Positions 1-8,620 of a DNA stretch of 41,302 bases are shown piece after piece. The notes below the pieces were generated by a model, which searched no databases, was not told the DNA's origin, and was given only the letters and a program-made list of their open reading frames with translations. Numbering within the stretch: the first letter of the stretch is position 1; every line of letters begins with the position of its first letter. The DNA comes from a virus (lineage: Duplodnaviria > Heunggongvirae > Uroviricota > Caudoviricetes), in the IMG/VR virus record IMGVR_UViG_2802429250_000004; one strand, written 5' to 3'. The translations under genes were made by a program, and so were the position numbers.

Positions 1-1305
1 CTATGCTTGTTTAATTACATCCGATCCCACAGCGTGGGGCATGGATGGGGCAAACTCACTCAATTTCTGGTTTAAAATTGATACTTGATCCTGATTGTTT
101 TCTGCCATCCACGATCCGTAAACGCGATAAACCATCTGAGCATCAGAGTGTCCCATTTGCTTCGCGATGAAGTTAGGGTTAGCTCCAGCGGTCAAAGACC
201 AACATGCATAAGTGTGCCTGGACTGATATGCTTTGCGGTAGCGAATCCCGGCGCGTCGCATTGCAGTTTCCCATGACTGATTAATCGACCCAACTGCATA
301 ATGGTGCCCGGCAAGGCCATTACGCGTAACGATTTGCGGATTGAAGACAAAAGTGCACGGATGCATTTCAGTTCGACCATACTCACGAAGTTTCACTTCA
401 ACCTGATACTGCTTACCAAGCCGTGTCATTTCAGCCTGATTCTTAAGCACGTCTATTGCTGGTTGAATTAGGTTGATAACACGGTTTGTTCCCGCTTCGG
501 TTTTAGGAAGAGTGAACTCTTTCGTTAATGTGTGGTTTCTTCTGATCGTCATTGTCCCTGCCTTCAGGTCTATATCTTCCCATGCCAGAGAAACCAACTC
601 CCCGTGGCGAACTCCCGTATAAACAGCTAGTGACCACATATTTTTTAACTGCTGATGCTTAAATGCGTTAATCAACCTGACAAACTCATCACGGGTTAAC
701 GGATCAGGTTCCGTTCGTGATCTCTTCAGTTGCGAAATGGCTGCGAACGGATTTTCTTTGATGTATCCGCTGTCGGCTGCGAACTGAAACATCCCCGCCA
801 TGGTGTTCATGTAGTTATTAACTGTCGGCACGGAACGTCCCTTAATGGGTGTTTTTTGCCCTCGTTTCAGAACATGATATCCGGTCAGCAAATCCTTTCG
901 TATGAACAGCAGTTCTTCCTGAGTCACAGCAGATGCAAGTCTGTTGCCTCCGATTCGGGGAACCATATTTCTTACAATGGAGCTGTAACGCCCCATCGCA
1001 TTGGTACTGATTTCCAGCTTTTTCAGATCCAGCCATTTCTCAGCCAGGTCTGCGACGGTAATTTCCTTACTTTCCGCACCAAATTTTCTCAGGTTGGGAG
1101 AGTTCGGAAACTGAGCGGCATAGTCGAAATTACCCGTCTTAATGGAAAAACAAACAGACGCTCGTAGCTCGCCAGCTATTTTCCTGTTTTTTGGTGTATC
1201 CGGCACACCGAGACTTTCCCGTACTCGTGTGCCTTTATACATAAACCATATGCGGAGTGATCCGCCATGGTTCTCAACGCCTGTTGGGTATGCTGTCTTA
1301 GCCAT
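1..1305 (-). CDS. int: Tyrosine recombinase (phage integrase)
   Basis: 434-aa ORF with a C-terminal catalytic region typical of tyrosine integrases (…RHTYACWSLTAGANPNFIAKQMGHSDAQMVYRVYGSW…); ATG at 1303-1305 preceded by AGGAGGG; position at the genome end next to xis. Confidence 0.9.
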   Translation of the reverse strand: MAKTAYPTGVENHGGSLRIWFMYKGTRVRESLGVPDTPKNRKIAGELRASVCFSIKTGNFDYAAQFPNSPNLRKFGAESKEITVADLAEKWLDLKKLEISTNAMGRYSSIVRNMVPRIGGNRLASAVTQEELLFIRKDLLTGYHVLKRGQKTPIKGRSVPTVNNYMNTMAGMFQFAADSGYIKENPFAAISQLKRSRTEPDPLTRDEFVRLINAFKHQQLKNMWSLAVYTGVRHGELVSLAWEDIDLKAGTMTIRRNHTLTKEFTLPKTEAGTNRVINLIQPAIDVLKNQAEMTRLGKQYQVEVKLREYGRTEMHPCTFVFNPQIVTRNGLAGHHYAVGSINQSWETAMRRAGIRYRKAYQSRHTYACWSLTAGANPNFIAKQMGHSDAQMVYRVYGSWMAENNQDQVSILNQKLSEFAPSMPHAVGSDVIKQA

Positions 1306-1350
1306 TGTTCCCTCCTGACGCCCAAGAGCGTATTAAGCATAAACGGTTCT

Positions 1351-1596
1351 TCATCGACGCGCACCAGGCTGTTTTTTTGACATACTTTCAACCCACTGGT
1401 CGATAGCCTTGCGGTTATACATGCATTCGCTGTTTTCTTTTGGAATACCGTCCGGTGCAACATGGAGATATTCACGACCGACAAGCCAGGATTGTTTACG
1501 TGCTCTCTCAATGGTTCCTGGGCGTAAACCTGTAATTTCGATCAGTTTTTGCTCTGTTACCCAGTCATTGGGCACAATTAAGTTAACTTCGCTCAT
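1351..1596 (-). CDS. xis: Excisionase (lambda Xis-like DNA-binding protein)
   Basis: Internal ATG at 1594-1596 with GGAG RBS; 81 aa with the motif …ITGLRPGTIERARKQSWLVGREYLHV… resembling lambda Xis (…GREYLFHESAV…); immediately upstream of int. Confidence 0.7.
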   Translation of the reverse strand: MSEVNLIVPNDWVTEQKLIEITGLRPGTIERARKQSWLVGREYLHVAPDGIPKENSECMYNRKAIDQWVESMSKKQPGARR

Positions 1597-1671
1597 TGTT
1601 TTCTCCGGTGCTGGAATGAAAGGGGGGGTGTTAACATGCCTCATTGGGTTTGAGGCTGTGTGATTCCATGG

Positions 1672-2016
1672 TTAGTCCTTGCGTAGCTCGCTGATTCTTC
1701 TGTAAGTCTCTGGCGCTTTGTTTCCGTGTATCTTCATTTCAGACTTCAACAGAGTAACGAGGGAATCCCATTCGTTGAGGATGCCTTTGAATGCCGGAAC
1801 GCGCTTTGCAACCTTGTCGAATGAATTTCTGATTTCTGGAATCTGCTCGACAAGTGCAACGCATCGCCGGAAGTCGGCTGCGTCATGTGGAGCGCCGAAG
1901 TGATGACCATAGATATTCTTTTTCAGTCCACATGCGATTGAGGCAAGAGTTGCGCTACTGATGCCGACATCGCCAGTCGTTTGCCATTTCAAAATCTTCA
2001 TAGCCAAATCTGACAT
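1672..2016 (-). CDS. Hypothetical early-left accessory protein
   Basis: 114-aa ORF, ATG at 2014-2016 with GGAGA RBS; no recognisable domain. Confidence 0.5.
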   Translation of the reverse strand: MSDLAMKILKWQTTGDVGISSATLASIACGLKKNIYGHHFGAPHDAADFRRCVALVEQIPEIRNSFDKVAKRVPAFKGILNEWDSLVTLLKSEMKIHGNKAPETYRRISELRKD

Positions 2017-2088
2017 TTCTTGTCTCCATAAAACAAAACTCGCCGTAGCGAGTTCAGATAAAAGAAATCCCCGCGAGTGCGAGGATTG

Positions 2089-2373
2089 TTATTCATTGCC
2101 GATATTCACCTTTATCGCGAACACCTTTACCGGTTTATCACCGAAGTGTGGATGTGTGATTGTCTTCACTTCATATCCGTTATACGGGACGTCAATTCTG
2201 CGACTGGAGTCGTCGCGCTTCGGATATCCCTTTGTGATAATCAGGCGGTCATATTCCCGGAACATGATTCGCTTATTCCAGTAGTCATTACACAGGCGAT
2301 ACTCTTCCGTTTTCTCTCCACGAATTATGGCATCGAAGTATTCACCTTTAACGGCTAGTTGCAGGTTAGCCAC
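2089..2373 (-). CDS. ASCH/DUF3850-like (PUA-fold) protein
   Basis: 94 aa; N-terminal …AVKGEYFDAIIRGEKTEEYR… resembles the GxKxxExR signature of ASCH/DUF3850 domains common in phage early regions. Confidence 0.5.
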   Translation of the reverse strand: MANLQLAVKGEYFDAIIRGEKTEEYRLCNDYWNKRIMFREYDRLIITKGYPKRDDSSRRIDVPYNGYEVKTITHPHFGDKPVKVFAIKVNIGNE

Positions 2374-3124
2374 GGTTAACCTCCTGCGGAGGTTCCGGTA
2401 GCGGCATCCAATTGATTACATCGCATTCAGGGATGCTGATATCATCACCAAGCCACCCTTGACCTTCAGACCAGCATTGCACGTAATACCCGTATTTTGT
2501 GTTCACTACGCACCACTGCGCGTCGTTCGGCGTCCGCTCACTACAGCTTATCCAACCATCCGGAGTTACCGGAGAGTTGCCCGATAGCGCATTACGCAAT
2601 CGCTCCAGCTTCACGTATTCCTGAACCCTGTTTCCGTCGCATGCCTGAAGCCATTGCGCAGCCTTTTGCGCATCAGTGTGAAAGGCACAAGTGCGACCGT
2701 CATCAAATTGCATTTCGTAGAGGTCAGCAACTTGTTCAAACTGCGTGTGTTGTGACTTGTAAGTTTGGCTTACAGGTTCGGCACCATGAAGCATGGCTGC
2801 GCGGCAGGCGTTCCAGCCTTCATCAAAGCCGACTATGCCATTATTTAAAGACGGACGAGCATCTGGCACCACCGGCACTGGCTTGGCTATATATAGCGGC
2901 TGAACATACCAGCCCTTTGATAACCAACTGTCAGCAATGTTTTTACTCCTCGTTATTGCCGGAATACCTAAGCCATTGTCTGAATGCAGCCATGCCACCG
3001 GTTCTGCTGCCAGCGAAGCCATGGCGATTTCATAAGCCCGACACTCAATATCATCCCGCACATCAAGGTGATTAATACGCCCCAGCATTTCGCCAAACAG
3101 CTCGTCGTTAGTTAAAGTGCTCAT
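2366..3124 (-). CDS. DUF551-domain phage protein (Eaa/Ead-like)
   Basis: 252 aa; C-terminal …PDGWISCSERTPNDAQWCVVNTKYGYYVQCW… matches the DUF551 pattern found in lambdoid ea-region proteins. Confidence 0.6.
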   Translation of the reverse strand: MSTLTNDELFGEMLGRINHLDVRDDIECRAYEIAMASLAAEPVAWLHSDNGLGIPAITRSKNIADSWLSKGWYVQPLYIAKPVPVVPDARPSLNNGIVGFDEGWNACRAAMLHGAEPVSQTYKSQHTQFEQVADLYEMQFDDGRTCAFHTDAQKAAQWLQACDGNRVQEYVKLERLRNALSGNSPVTPDGWISCSERTPNDAQWCVVNTKYGYYVQCWSEGQGWLGDDISIPECDVINWMPLPEPPQEVNRG

Positions 3125-3127
3125 GTG

Positions 3128-3568
3128 TTAGTCCTTAGCCTGTATCTGCTTCTTAACCAGTTTGCGTAGATGTGCCACGGCCATTGAAAGAGTTTCCACC
3201 GCCTGTTTATCCAGGCGTGGGGACAGAGCCACCAGTTCGTTTATTGCAATCGCTATGCCCTGTGCCTGCACTGGCGGCGCTGCGTAAAGCGGTGTTATTT
3301 CTGCCCGAAAGTCACCTATTTCATGCAGTCGCACCCACCGTTCGACTTCTGCTTTGTCAGAATACAGAGCAGTGAACGTATTATATTCATTGTCAATTTG
3401 CGTGAAGGTTGCCTTCCACGCCACTGGCTCTGCTTCCAGCGATGCCAGTGCGATACGAAACACATTGGCAAGCAGGCTGTTTGACGATTGTTTATCGTGC
3501 GCCGCGTCGCTCAGGAAACCAGTGATGAATGATTTAATCTCCGCGTTTTCTCTGGTAATAGTGGTCAT
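3128..3568 (-). CDS. Hypothetical protein
   Basis: Internal ATG at 3566-3568 (MTTITREN…) with AGGAAA RBS; 146 aa; the longer upstream extension lacks RBS support. Confidence 0.5.
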   Translation of the reverse strand: MTTITRENAEIKSFITGFLSDAAHDKQSSNSLLANVFRIALASLEAEPVAWKATFTQIDNEYNTFTALYSDKAEVERWVRLHEIGDFRAEITPLYAAPPVQAQGIAIAINELVALSPRLDKQAVETLSMAVAHLRKLVKKQIQAKD

Positions 3569-3569
3569 A

Positions 3570-3788
3570 TCAGCTTTCCTTATATGGGTTGATTTTGTTG
3601 TGCAGTGTGTTGAACGACGCCCATACCACGTCGTTATACAATTCAATAACTGGCTCAATTATTTTTCCGATTGCCCAGACAAAAATTAGCGGGGATATCG
3701 GTATCATCAACACGATAAACAGAATGAGAAACAAAAATTCTGTCGCTCTACTTTTTCGCGGATATTCTTTTCTGAATAATGTTGGCAC
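3570..3788 (-). CDS. Small hydrophobic (membrane) protein
   Basis: 72 aa, GTG start with AAGGAG 6 nt upstream; central hydrophobic stretch FLFLILFIVLMIPISPLIFVWAIG. Confidence 0.35.
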   Translation of the reverse strand: MPTLFRKEYPRKSRATEFLFLILFIVLMIPISPLIFVWAIGKIIEPVIELYNDVVWASFNTLHNKINPYKES

Positions 3789-3789
3789 A

Positions 3790-3978
3790 TCACTCTCCTT
3801 TAGTGCGCAAGTGGTTTTTCCAGCGGTTTTGTGCCGCGCTGGGCTTGTTGCAACAACTGTGACCCATCACCCCTAAAAACCCCGTCAACCTCAACCGTCT
3901 GTTACTAATCCTCAACCATCGCCAGACCCCAACACCGTTTCTGCGAGCTAACAGAATCTTTGCTTTACGGTTTTTCAT
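3790..3978 (-). CDS. Possible small basic protein (uncertain)
   Basis: ATG at 3976-3978 with AGGAG 9 nt upstream; Arg/Lys-rich N-terminus; C-terminal half looks low-quality, so this may not be a real gene. Confidence 0.25.
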   Translation of the reverse strand: MKNRKAKILLARRNGVGVWRWLRISNRRLRLTGFLGVMGHSCCNKPSAAQNRWKNHLRTKGE

Positions 3979-4096
3979 CGTTTTGCTCTCCTGCGTTTCT
4001 TTGCTGCTCGTTTCGCCGCTGCAACGCCTGTACGGCGTTTCGGTGCCGGAATTGCACGTTCTGCCGCATCACGCAGTGCCTGATAGTCAATCTTGT

Positions 4097-4342
4097 TCAC
4101 TCTTCATCCTCCAAGTCGGCAACGGCGTCCATCACATCAGAACCGCGAATAACCTCAAAAGCACGGCAGGCCATTTCAAACACCTGTTGTTCTTGCGGGT
4201 GAGGAGACTCCCAATATTTGAAGCCTGGGCGATGCGTGTACCCCATCATTGAATAAAAATCACCAGCAAGCTTAATCGCGGCATCGACAAGCTCTCTGTT
4301 AGTCATTCTTTTTCCGCTCACTGGTTGCCTCCTTTGCGCCAC
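4097..4342 (-). CDS. Hypothetical protein
   Basis: 81-aa ORF (GTG at 4340-4342; alternative ATG at 4304-4306); acidic C-terminus; co-directional with the early left operon. Confidence 0.4.
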   Translation of the reverse strand: MAQRRQPVSGKRMTNRELVDAAIKLAGDFYSMMGYTHRPGFKYWESPHPQEQQVFEMACRAFEVIRGSDVMDAVADLEDEE

Positions 4343-4518
4343 ATCGCATTCAGATATTTGTTGTCATTAACAGAACCGAAACTCTTTCTCTTAAGAAATT
4401 CCTCTCTCGATGGCATTGGCTTTACGCGTTGGCGAATAATCATTTCTGCCGGAAGAATGCCGGGATTGTATGCAAGTCCTCTCATGGTAAATTCCTCAGT
4501 CATTACTGATAGCGCCAT
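4318..4518 (-). CDS. Hypothetical protein
   Basis: 66-aa ORF in operon context; no clear RBS. Confidence 0.35.
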   Translation of the reverse strand: MALSVMTEEFTMRGLAYNPGILPAEMIIRQRVKPMPSREEFLKRKSFGSVNDNKYLNAMWRKGGNQ

Positions 4519-4792
4519 AGCGTGAGCGGTAATTACGCAGGCGCGGGTCGATATATTCAGGGAATTTGTCTATTGTCGCTTTTCGCAACGGTCTCATTGC
4601 TGTTTCGTTTGTTCGGTCCTTCTCATCTTTTAACGCGAGTTGTATATCGCGTCGGTACATCCGTTCTGCTTTTGTTTCTGGTGGCAGATCAATAAACGTG
4701 TCGAAAATGTTTTTGATATTTTCCAGCACCTCCGCCTTGGAGCTACCGGAGCAATTGCGCGGGTCATCCGCACCATACAGAGGCGCTGGCAT
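4496..4792 (-). CDS. Hypothetical protein
   Basis: 98-aa ORF, ATG at 4790-4792; operon context. Confidence 0.45.
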   Translation of the reverse strand: MPAPLYGADDPRNCSGSSKAEVLENIKNIFDTFIDLPPETKAERMYRRDIQLALKDEKDRTNETAMRPLRKATIDKFPEYIDPRLRNYRSRYGAISND

Positions 4793-4815
4793 AATGGGAG
4801 CCTTATTTTCAGTAA

Positions 4816-5403
4816 TCAGAAAGGAGGGTAATCGTTCTGGCTGTAACCATAATCATCTGCATGATTATGGCTTACGTTTTTAGAGCGATTGTCTTTATCT
4901 TTGAGGCTGGCAACCATGTTGGCGATAGTTTCTGGTTGCTTGCCTTCCGCCTTTTCTTTAAGGGTTTGACCTGTTTGTGCAATAAACGGGATGCGTATTT
5001 CCATCTGGTAGCTGTCTGCGCCAGTCTTTTTGTTTGTGGTTAATACTTTCTGGAGCACTAACCCGATTTTCTTTCCATGAAATTCAGGTGCAACAAATTT
5101 ACTGGCGGAAACCATATGTTGCGTTAATTGTCCAATCCCGGCACACCCCATCATAGCGTGAACGACATTTGCGCCAAATTTGTTTTCCGTGCCGTCATTT
5201 TTCTGAACACAAACGCTAAGATACTGGATTTTACGTCCGTCGTCGGATTCTCCAGAAAACTCAATAAATTTGGCTCCTTTTTCTGATTGCTTTAGTTCTG
5301 CTTCAGTAATGGTAATGATATGAGCGCCAGTTTCGTTAATAAAACCACCTTGCCCTGCGGTCAGTGCTGCTTCTTCGTTATAAGTAAAAATCACGTTGCT
5401 CAT
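4816..5403 (-). CDS. SSB-like protein partnered with Sak4
   Basis: 195 aa; start ATG overlaps the Sak4 stop (ATGA); C-terminus …DDYGYSQNDYPPF resembles the acidic SSB tail (…DDDIPF) used for partner recruitment. Confidence 0.6.
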   Translation of the reverse strand: MSNVIFTYNEEAALTAGQGGFINETGAHIITITEAELKQSEKGAKFIEFSGESDDGRKIQYLSVCVQKNDGTENKFGANVVHAMMGCAGIGQLTQHMVSASKFVAPEFHGKKIGLVLQKVLTTNKKTGADSYQMEIRIPFIAQTGQTLKEKAEGKQPETIANMVASLKDKDNRSKNVSHNHADDYGYSQNDYPPF

Positions 5404-6080
5404 GCGGCGTTTTCCTTAATTTGATGAACATTATTGATGCCGTAGTAATCACAAACAGTGGCATCGACAAAAGAGAGATCGTTATCAATCTCATTGGAAT
5501 CAAACATTCCCATTGGGGATTTAACAGTGTCTGCACCGTTGTTTTTTGTGGTGAAAAAGAACTGGTCATCACGGGTAAGGGTGCGAAGAACTATAGTAAA
5601 CATGCCTTCGACAGTGATTTTCTCGTCCAGCATTTTGCCGATAGTTTTCATTTTCACGCGCCCCATAGGGGTTTCTTCGGTGTGCGCAAGAAAATAGACT
5701 CTCAGGTCATCAGGTGCATCCTGTGCAGCCTTAATCACCTCCCATGCGTGGCGGCCTATCTCAGTAAATTTATCAAACGATTTTTCTTCTGAGCGGCGCA
5801 TAAACTCATTGCTCATCACATACTGGAAGTCATCAACAATAACGATTCTTTTCCCGTATTCGTGAGCACGCTTAATTACGGCAACTATTACGTCCCATTT
5901 GTCAGTGGTAACTACGGTTCCTTTTTTTGCACCGTAATCCCATGCAAGCCAATCTTTTGATTTAAATGGTAGCGGCTTGCCTATTGGTTTTATAAGAATT
6001 GCTTCCTCTGGATTGATATTTCTCATGCTGGTTGATTTTCCGGTGCCAGATTCACCGAGTATTAATGTCGCAGTTCCCAT
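5400..6080 (-). CDS. sak4: Sak4-family RecA-like recombination ATPase
   Basis: 226 aa with Walker A GESGTGKST near the N-terminus and Walker-B-like IVIVDDF; size and organisation of phage Sak4 single-strand annealing proteins; GAGG RBS. Confidence 0.75.
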   Translation of the reverse strand: MGTATLILGESGTGKSTSMRNINPEEAILIKPIGKPLPFKSKDWLAWDYGAKKGTVVTTDKWDVIVAVIKRAHEYGKRIVIVDDFQYVMSNEFMRRSEEKSFDKFTEIGRHAWEVIKAAQDAPDDLRVYFLAHTEETPMGRVKMKTIGKMLDEKITVEGMFTIVLRTLTRDDQFFFTTKNNGADTVKSPMGMFDSNEIDNDLSFVDATVCDYYGINNVHQIKENAA

Positions 6081-6088
6081 AATTTGCC

Positions 6089-6289
6089 TCAGAATGGTAA
6101 TTCGGATGGGGCGGAAAGAAATTCGCGCTCATTCATGCGCTCTCTTTGCGCCTGCCATAAGCAAAGTTGTTTCTTTGATTTATCTCCCGCTTTACGCCAG
6201 TAACGAGCCTCAGCAATGTGATATTCTCTTTTTAATCGACTTAACTCTGGAGTTTTCGCCAGTTCTACCGGAATCATTTTGACCTCCAT
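6089..6289 (-). CDS. Hypothetical small protein
   Basis: 66-aa ORF; a second in-frame ATG at 6275-6277 is preceded by GGAGGT and may be the true start. Confidence 0.4.
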   Translation of the reverse strand: MEVKMIPVELAKTPELSRLKREYHIAEARYWRKAGDKSKKQLCLWQAQRERMNEREFLSAPSELPF

Positions 6290-6387
6290 TTTCTGTAGGC
6301 TTCGACGGCCTCACGAAACATCTTTTCGTCGCCAATAAAAGCGGCGATAGTGAATTTAGTCTGGATAGCCATAAGTGTTTTATCCAT
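6274..6387 (-). CDS. kil: Kil-like small protein (putative host division inhibitor)
   Basis: 37 aa (MDKTLMAIQTKFTIAAFIGDEKMFREAVEAYRKWRSK), ATG at 6385-6387 with GGAG RBS; sits immediately downstream of cIII as lambda kil does; resemblance to lambda Kil is from memory. Confidence 0.45.
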   Translation of the reverse strand: MDKTLMAIQTKFTIAAFIGDEKMFREAVEAYRKWRSK

Positions 6388-6520
6388 TTTTGGGGACTCC
6401 TGGCTGATTAAGTATGTCGATAAGGCGTTTCCATCCGTCACGTAATTTACGGGTGATTCGTTCAAGTAAAGATTCGGAAGGGCAGCCAGCAACAGGCCAC
6501 CCTGCAATGGCATATTGCAT
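6380..6520 (-). CDS. cIII: CIII (FtsH inhibitor protecting CII)
   Basis: 46 aa MQYAIAGWPVAGCPSESLLERITRKLRDGWKRLIDILNQPGVPKNG, matching lambda CIII as I recall it (truncated a few residues at the C-terminus); AAGGAG RBS. Confidence 0.7.
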   Translation of the reverse strand: MQYAIAGWPVAGCPSESLLERITRKLRDGWKRLIDILNQPGVPKNG

Positions 6521-6606
6521 GGTGTGCTCCTTATTTATACATAACGAAAACGCCTCGAGTGAAGCGTTATTGGTATGCGGTAAAGCCGCCAACAGGCGGC
6601 TATTTG

Positions 6607-6840
6607 CTATTGATTCTTTTCAAGAACATCAATGATGTCGTCCGGGTTGTCTCCGTTGTCTTCACAAAATGCTTCGAATTCAGCCCATTTCGCGCTGATA
6701 AAATCAATTACTCTCATTAATTCGTATTCCATATTTTTCTCCAGACCAAAAGAATGCCGCTCATATAGAGCGGCAAGACTATCAAGGAATGATTTCCAAT
6801 AATCAGAACAAGTCGGCTCCTGTTTGGTTACGAGCGACAT
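6607..6840 (-). CDS. Hypothetical acidic protein
   Basis: 77 aa, acidic C-terminus (…FCEDNGDNPDDIIDVLEKNQ); ATG at 6838-6840. Confidence 0.45.
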   Translation of the reverse strand: MSLVTKQEPTCSDYWKSFLDSLAALYERHSFGLEKNMEYELMRVIDFISAKWAEFEAFCEDNGDNPDDIIDVLEKNQ

Positions 6841-6888
6841 TGCTCCGTGTATTCACTCGTTGGAATGAATACACAGTGCTTATTCGTA

Positions 6889-7359
6889 CTAATAAAATAC
6901 CCAATTTTCTGTTTCTTGGTTGTGTCCAAAGTTATATTCAATATCTGGTGTTGATGTATCAATATTCTTCATCCCATCAACAAGAGTTGATACAACAGCT
7001 AAATCTTGTTTGATTCTCATTAAATGGTATTTCTTCCGGCGCAATAAACTCTCAATGGCAAGTTTCTTCGTTGGGAATGCAAAAGATCTTTCTGCATTTT
7101 TTGCTACTTTCTTAATTGCATATCTATTTCTCCTTTGTTTCCATTCCTGTAACCACTGATTTGGTGCTGGTTTAAAATTAACAATCCAATGCGCAGGAAC
7201 CAACCATGCATAATGCTCTGTCTGATGAAAAGCTATATATTGAAGTGCGAATATTTTTATCCCATCTTCTTCAACTGTCGCCTGGAATCTCCAGAAAACA
7301 GGCATTCCATCATGTTCAGTTTCTGATTCAGGAAAAGGTACGCTCCATGATTTTGTCAT
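6889..7359 (-). CDS. Hypothetical protein (AT-rich cargo)
   Basis: 156 aa; ATG at 7357-7359 with GAGGTG RBS; markedly AT-rich compared with neighbouring genes. Confidence 0.5.
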   Translation of the reverse strand: MTKSWSVPFPESETEHDGMPVFWRFQATVEEDGIKIFALQYIAFHQTEHYAWLVPAHWIVNFKPAPNQWLQEWKQRRNRYAIKKVAKNAERSFAFPTKKLAIESLLRRKKYHLMRIKQDLAVVSTLVDGMKNIDTSTPDIEYNFGHNQETENWVFY

Positions 7360-7437
7360 ATCTCACCTCAAATAATTCAGTGCAGTATTTATTCTGTTAT
7401 TTATGCCAAAAATAAAGGCCGACTATGCGGCCTGAAA

Positions 7438-7887
7438 TTACTTAACCAATGATGCTGCATATTCGATAAGGTAAAGCTTTGGGGCTAGCCAAATTTTTAA
7501 CCAAGTCATATTGGTTACTACACCAATAATAAAAATCCCCCACAGAGTCAAAACTCCAACCAATGGCACGATAAGAAGATTAATATCACCTTTGCTATCC
7601 CAAACCATTGTCGGCCTGTATTTGTGATTTCCTTTCTCCCATGAATATCCTTCATCACCGATTTTACCTGTCTCAACTCTTTGGCACTGCTTCTTCATAA
7701 ACCAGAAAACTAGTGGGATTGTTAGAATGGCCATTAATGTTTTAATCAGACTGTCAACCATATTCCATAGCAGCAACTGATGAACAACATCAGGAATCTG
7801 TGCCTGGCTAAATGAAACAGCAGCATCTATTCCATTGCTGGCTTTTTGCAGTAGTTCTACGAGAATCTTGTTTGCTTGTTCTTCCAT
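7438..7887 (-). CDS. Membrane protein, possible superinfection-exclusion factor
   Basis: 149 aa with two hydrophobic segments (…LIKTLMAILTIPLVFWFM… and …INLLIVPLVGVLTLWGIFIIGVV…); ATG at 7885-7887 with AAGGTG RBS; AT-rich. Confidence 0.5.
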   Translation of the reverse strand: MEEQANKILVELLQKASNGIDAAVSFSQAQIPDVVHQLLLWNMVDSLIKTLMAILTIPLVFWFMKKQCQRVETGKIGDEGYSWEKGNHKYRPTMVWDSKGDINLLIVPLVGVLTLWGIFIIGVVTNMTWLKIWLAPKLYLIEYAASLVK

Positions 7888-8032
7888 ATATCACCTTAAA
7901 TAGTGGATTGCGGTAGTAAAGATTGTGCCTGTCTTTTAACCACATCAGGCTCGGTGGTTCTCGTGTACCCCTACAGCGAGAAATCGGATAAACTCTATTC
8001 ACCCCTACAGAGAGAATGATGGAGATTCACCG

Positions 8033-8572
8033 ATGAGTAACTGGTGGCAGGAACTGTTACGCTTCTTCCTGCGTGGTCTTACGCTACAACAGTTAATTCA
8101 TATGCTTATTATTTTAATTGCCTTGATAATAATTACCCCAGCATCAATTAAAGAGTGGGTAGATATAAGGAACCCCGAAATACTTCCAGATCACTGGATG
8201 TATTACGCAATGCTTTTGTGTATCAGTTATGTTCTGAACAGGGTGATGGAGTTTATATTTCTGGCATCTTCAGACAGATATAAAAAATATCTCAGTAAGA
8301 GAGATGAGGCTAAAGTAATTGTGGAGACTGAGCGCCTGTTCAATTCTCTGAGTATTCAGGAAAAAGAGGTTTTAGCATTTGCTGTTATGGCAAATAACAA
8401 AATCGTACTTAAGCACGGCGATCCGGTCGCTTTATCTCTTATGAGAAAAGGCCTTCTCCATCGCTCAGGTGTGACTTACAGCGCGTCAGGTAAAGAGAAA
8501 TTTGTTATACCTGACGTCTGGTTCTATGAGTGTTATATGCGCTTTGCTGGTAAAGCTGATGAGCTAATTTAG
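8033..8572 (+). CDS. Membrane protein, SieB-like superinfection-exclusion candidate
   Basis: 179 aa on the opposite strand to the surrounding operon; two N-terminal transmembrane helices followed by a soluble domain, as described for the SieB family; GGAG RBS 8 nt upstream of ATG 8033; family assignment not verified. Confidence 0.45.
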   Translation: MSNWWQELLRFFLRGLTLQQLIHMLIILIALIIITPASIKEWVDIRNPEILPDHWMYYAMLLCISYVLNRVMEFIFLASSDRYKKYLSKRDEAKVIVETERLFNSLSIQEKEVLAFAVMANNKIVLKHGDPVALSLMRKGLLHRSGVTYSASGKEKFVIPDVWFYECYMRFAGKADELI

Positions 8573-8578
8573 TTCCTC

Positions 8579-8620
8579 GACGGCGGGGGATCGTCACCTC
8601 GCCGTCAGTTGTTTTGATTT
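8579..8620 (+). terminator. Possible intrinsic terminator after the SieB-like gene
   Basis: 7-bp stem GACGGCG/CGCCGTC with a 14-nt loop followed by a T-rich tract; overlaps the 3' end of N on the other strand. Confidence 0.3.

Noticed and set aside
730-1167. 145-aa plus-strand ORF inside int
   Set aside because: Antisense to the integrase; the integrase frame has conserved motifs.
2497-3075. 192-aa plus-strand ORF
   Set aside because: Antisense to the DUF551 gene within a minus-strand operon; Arg/His-rich translation typical of a spurious frame.
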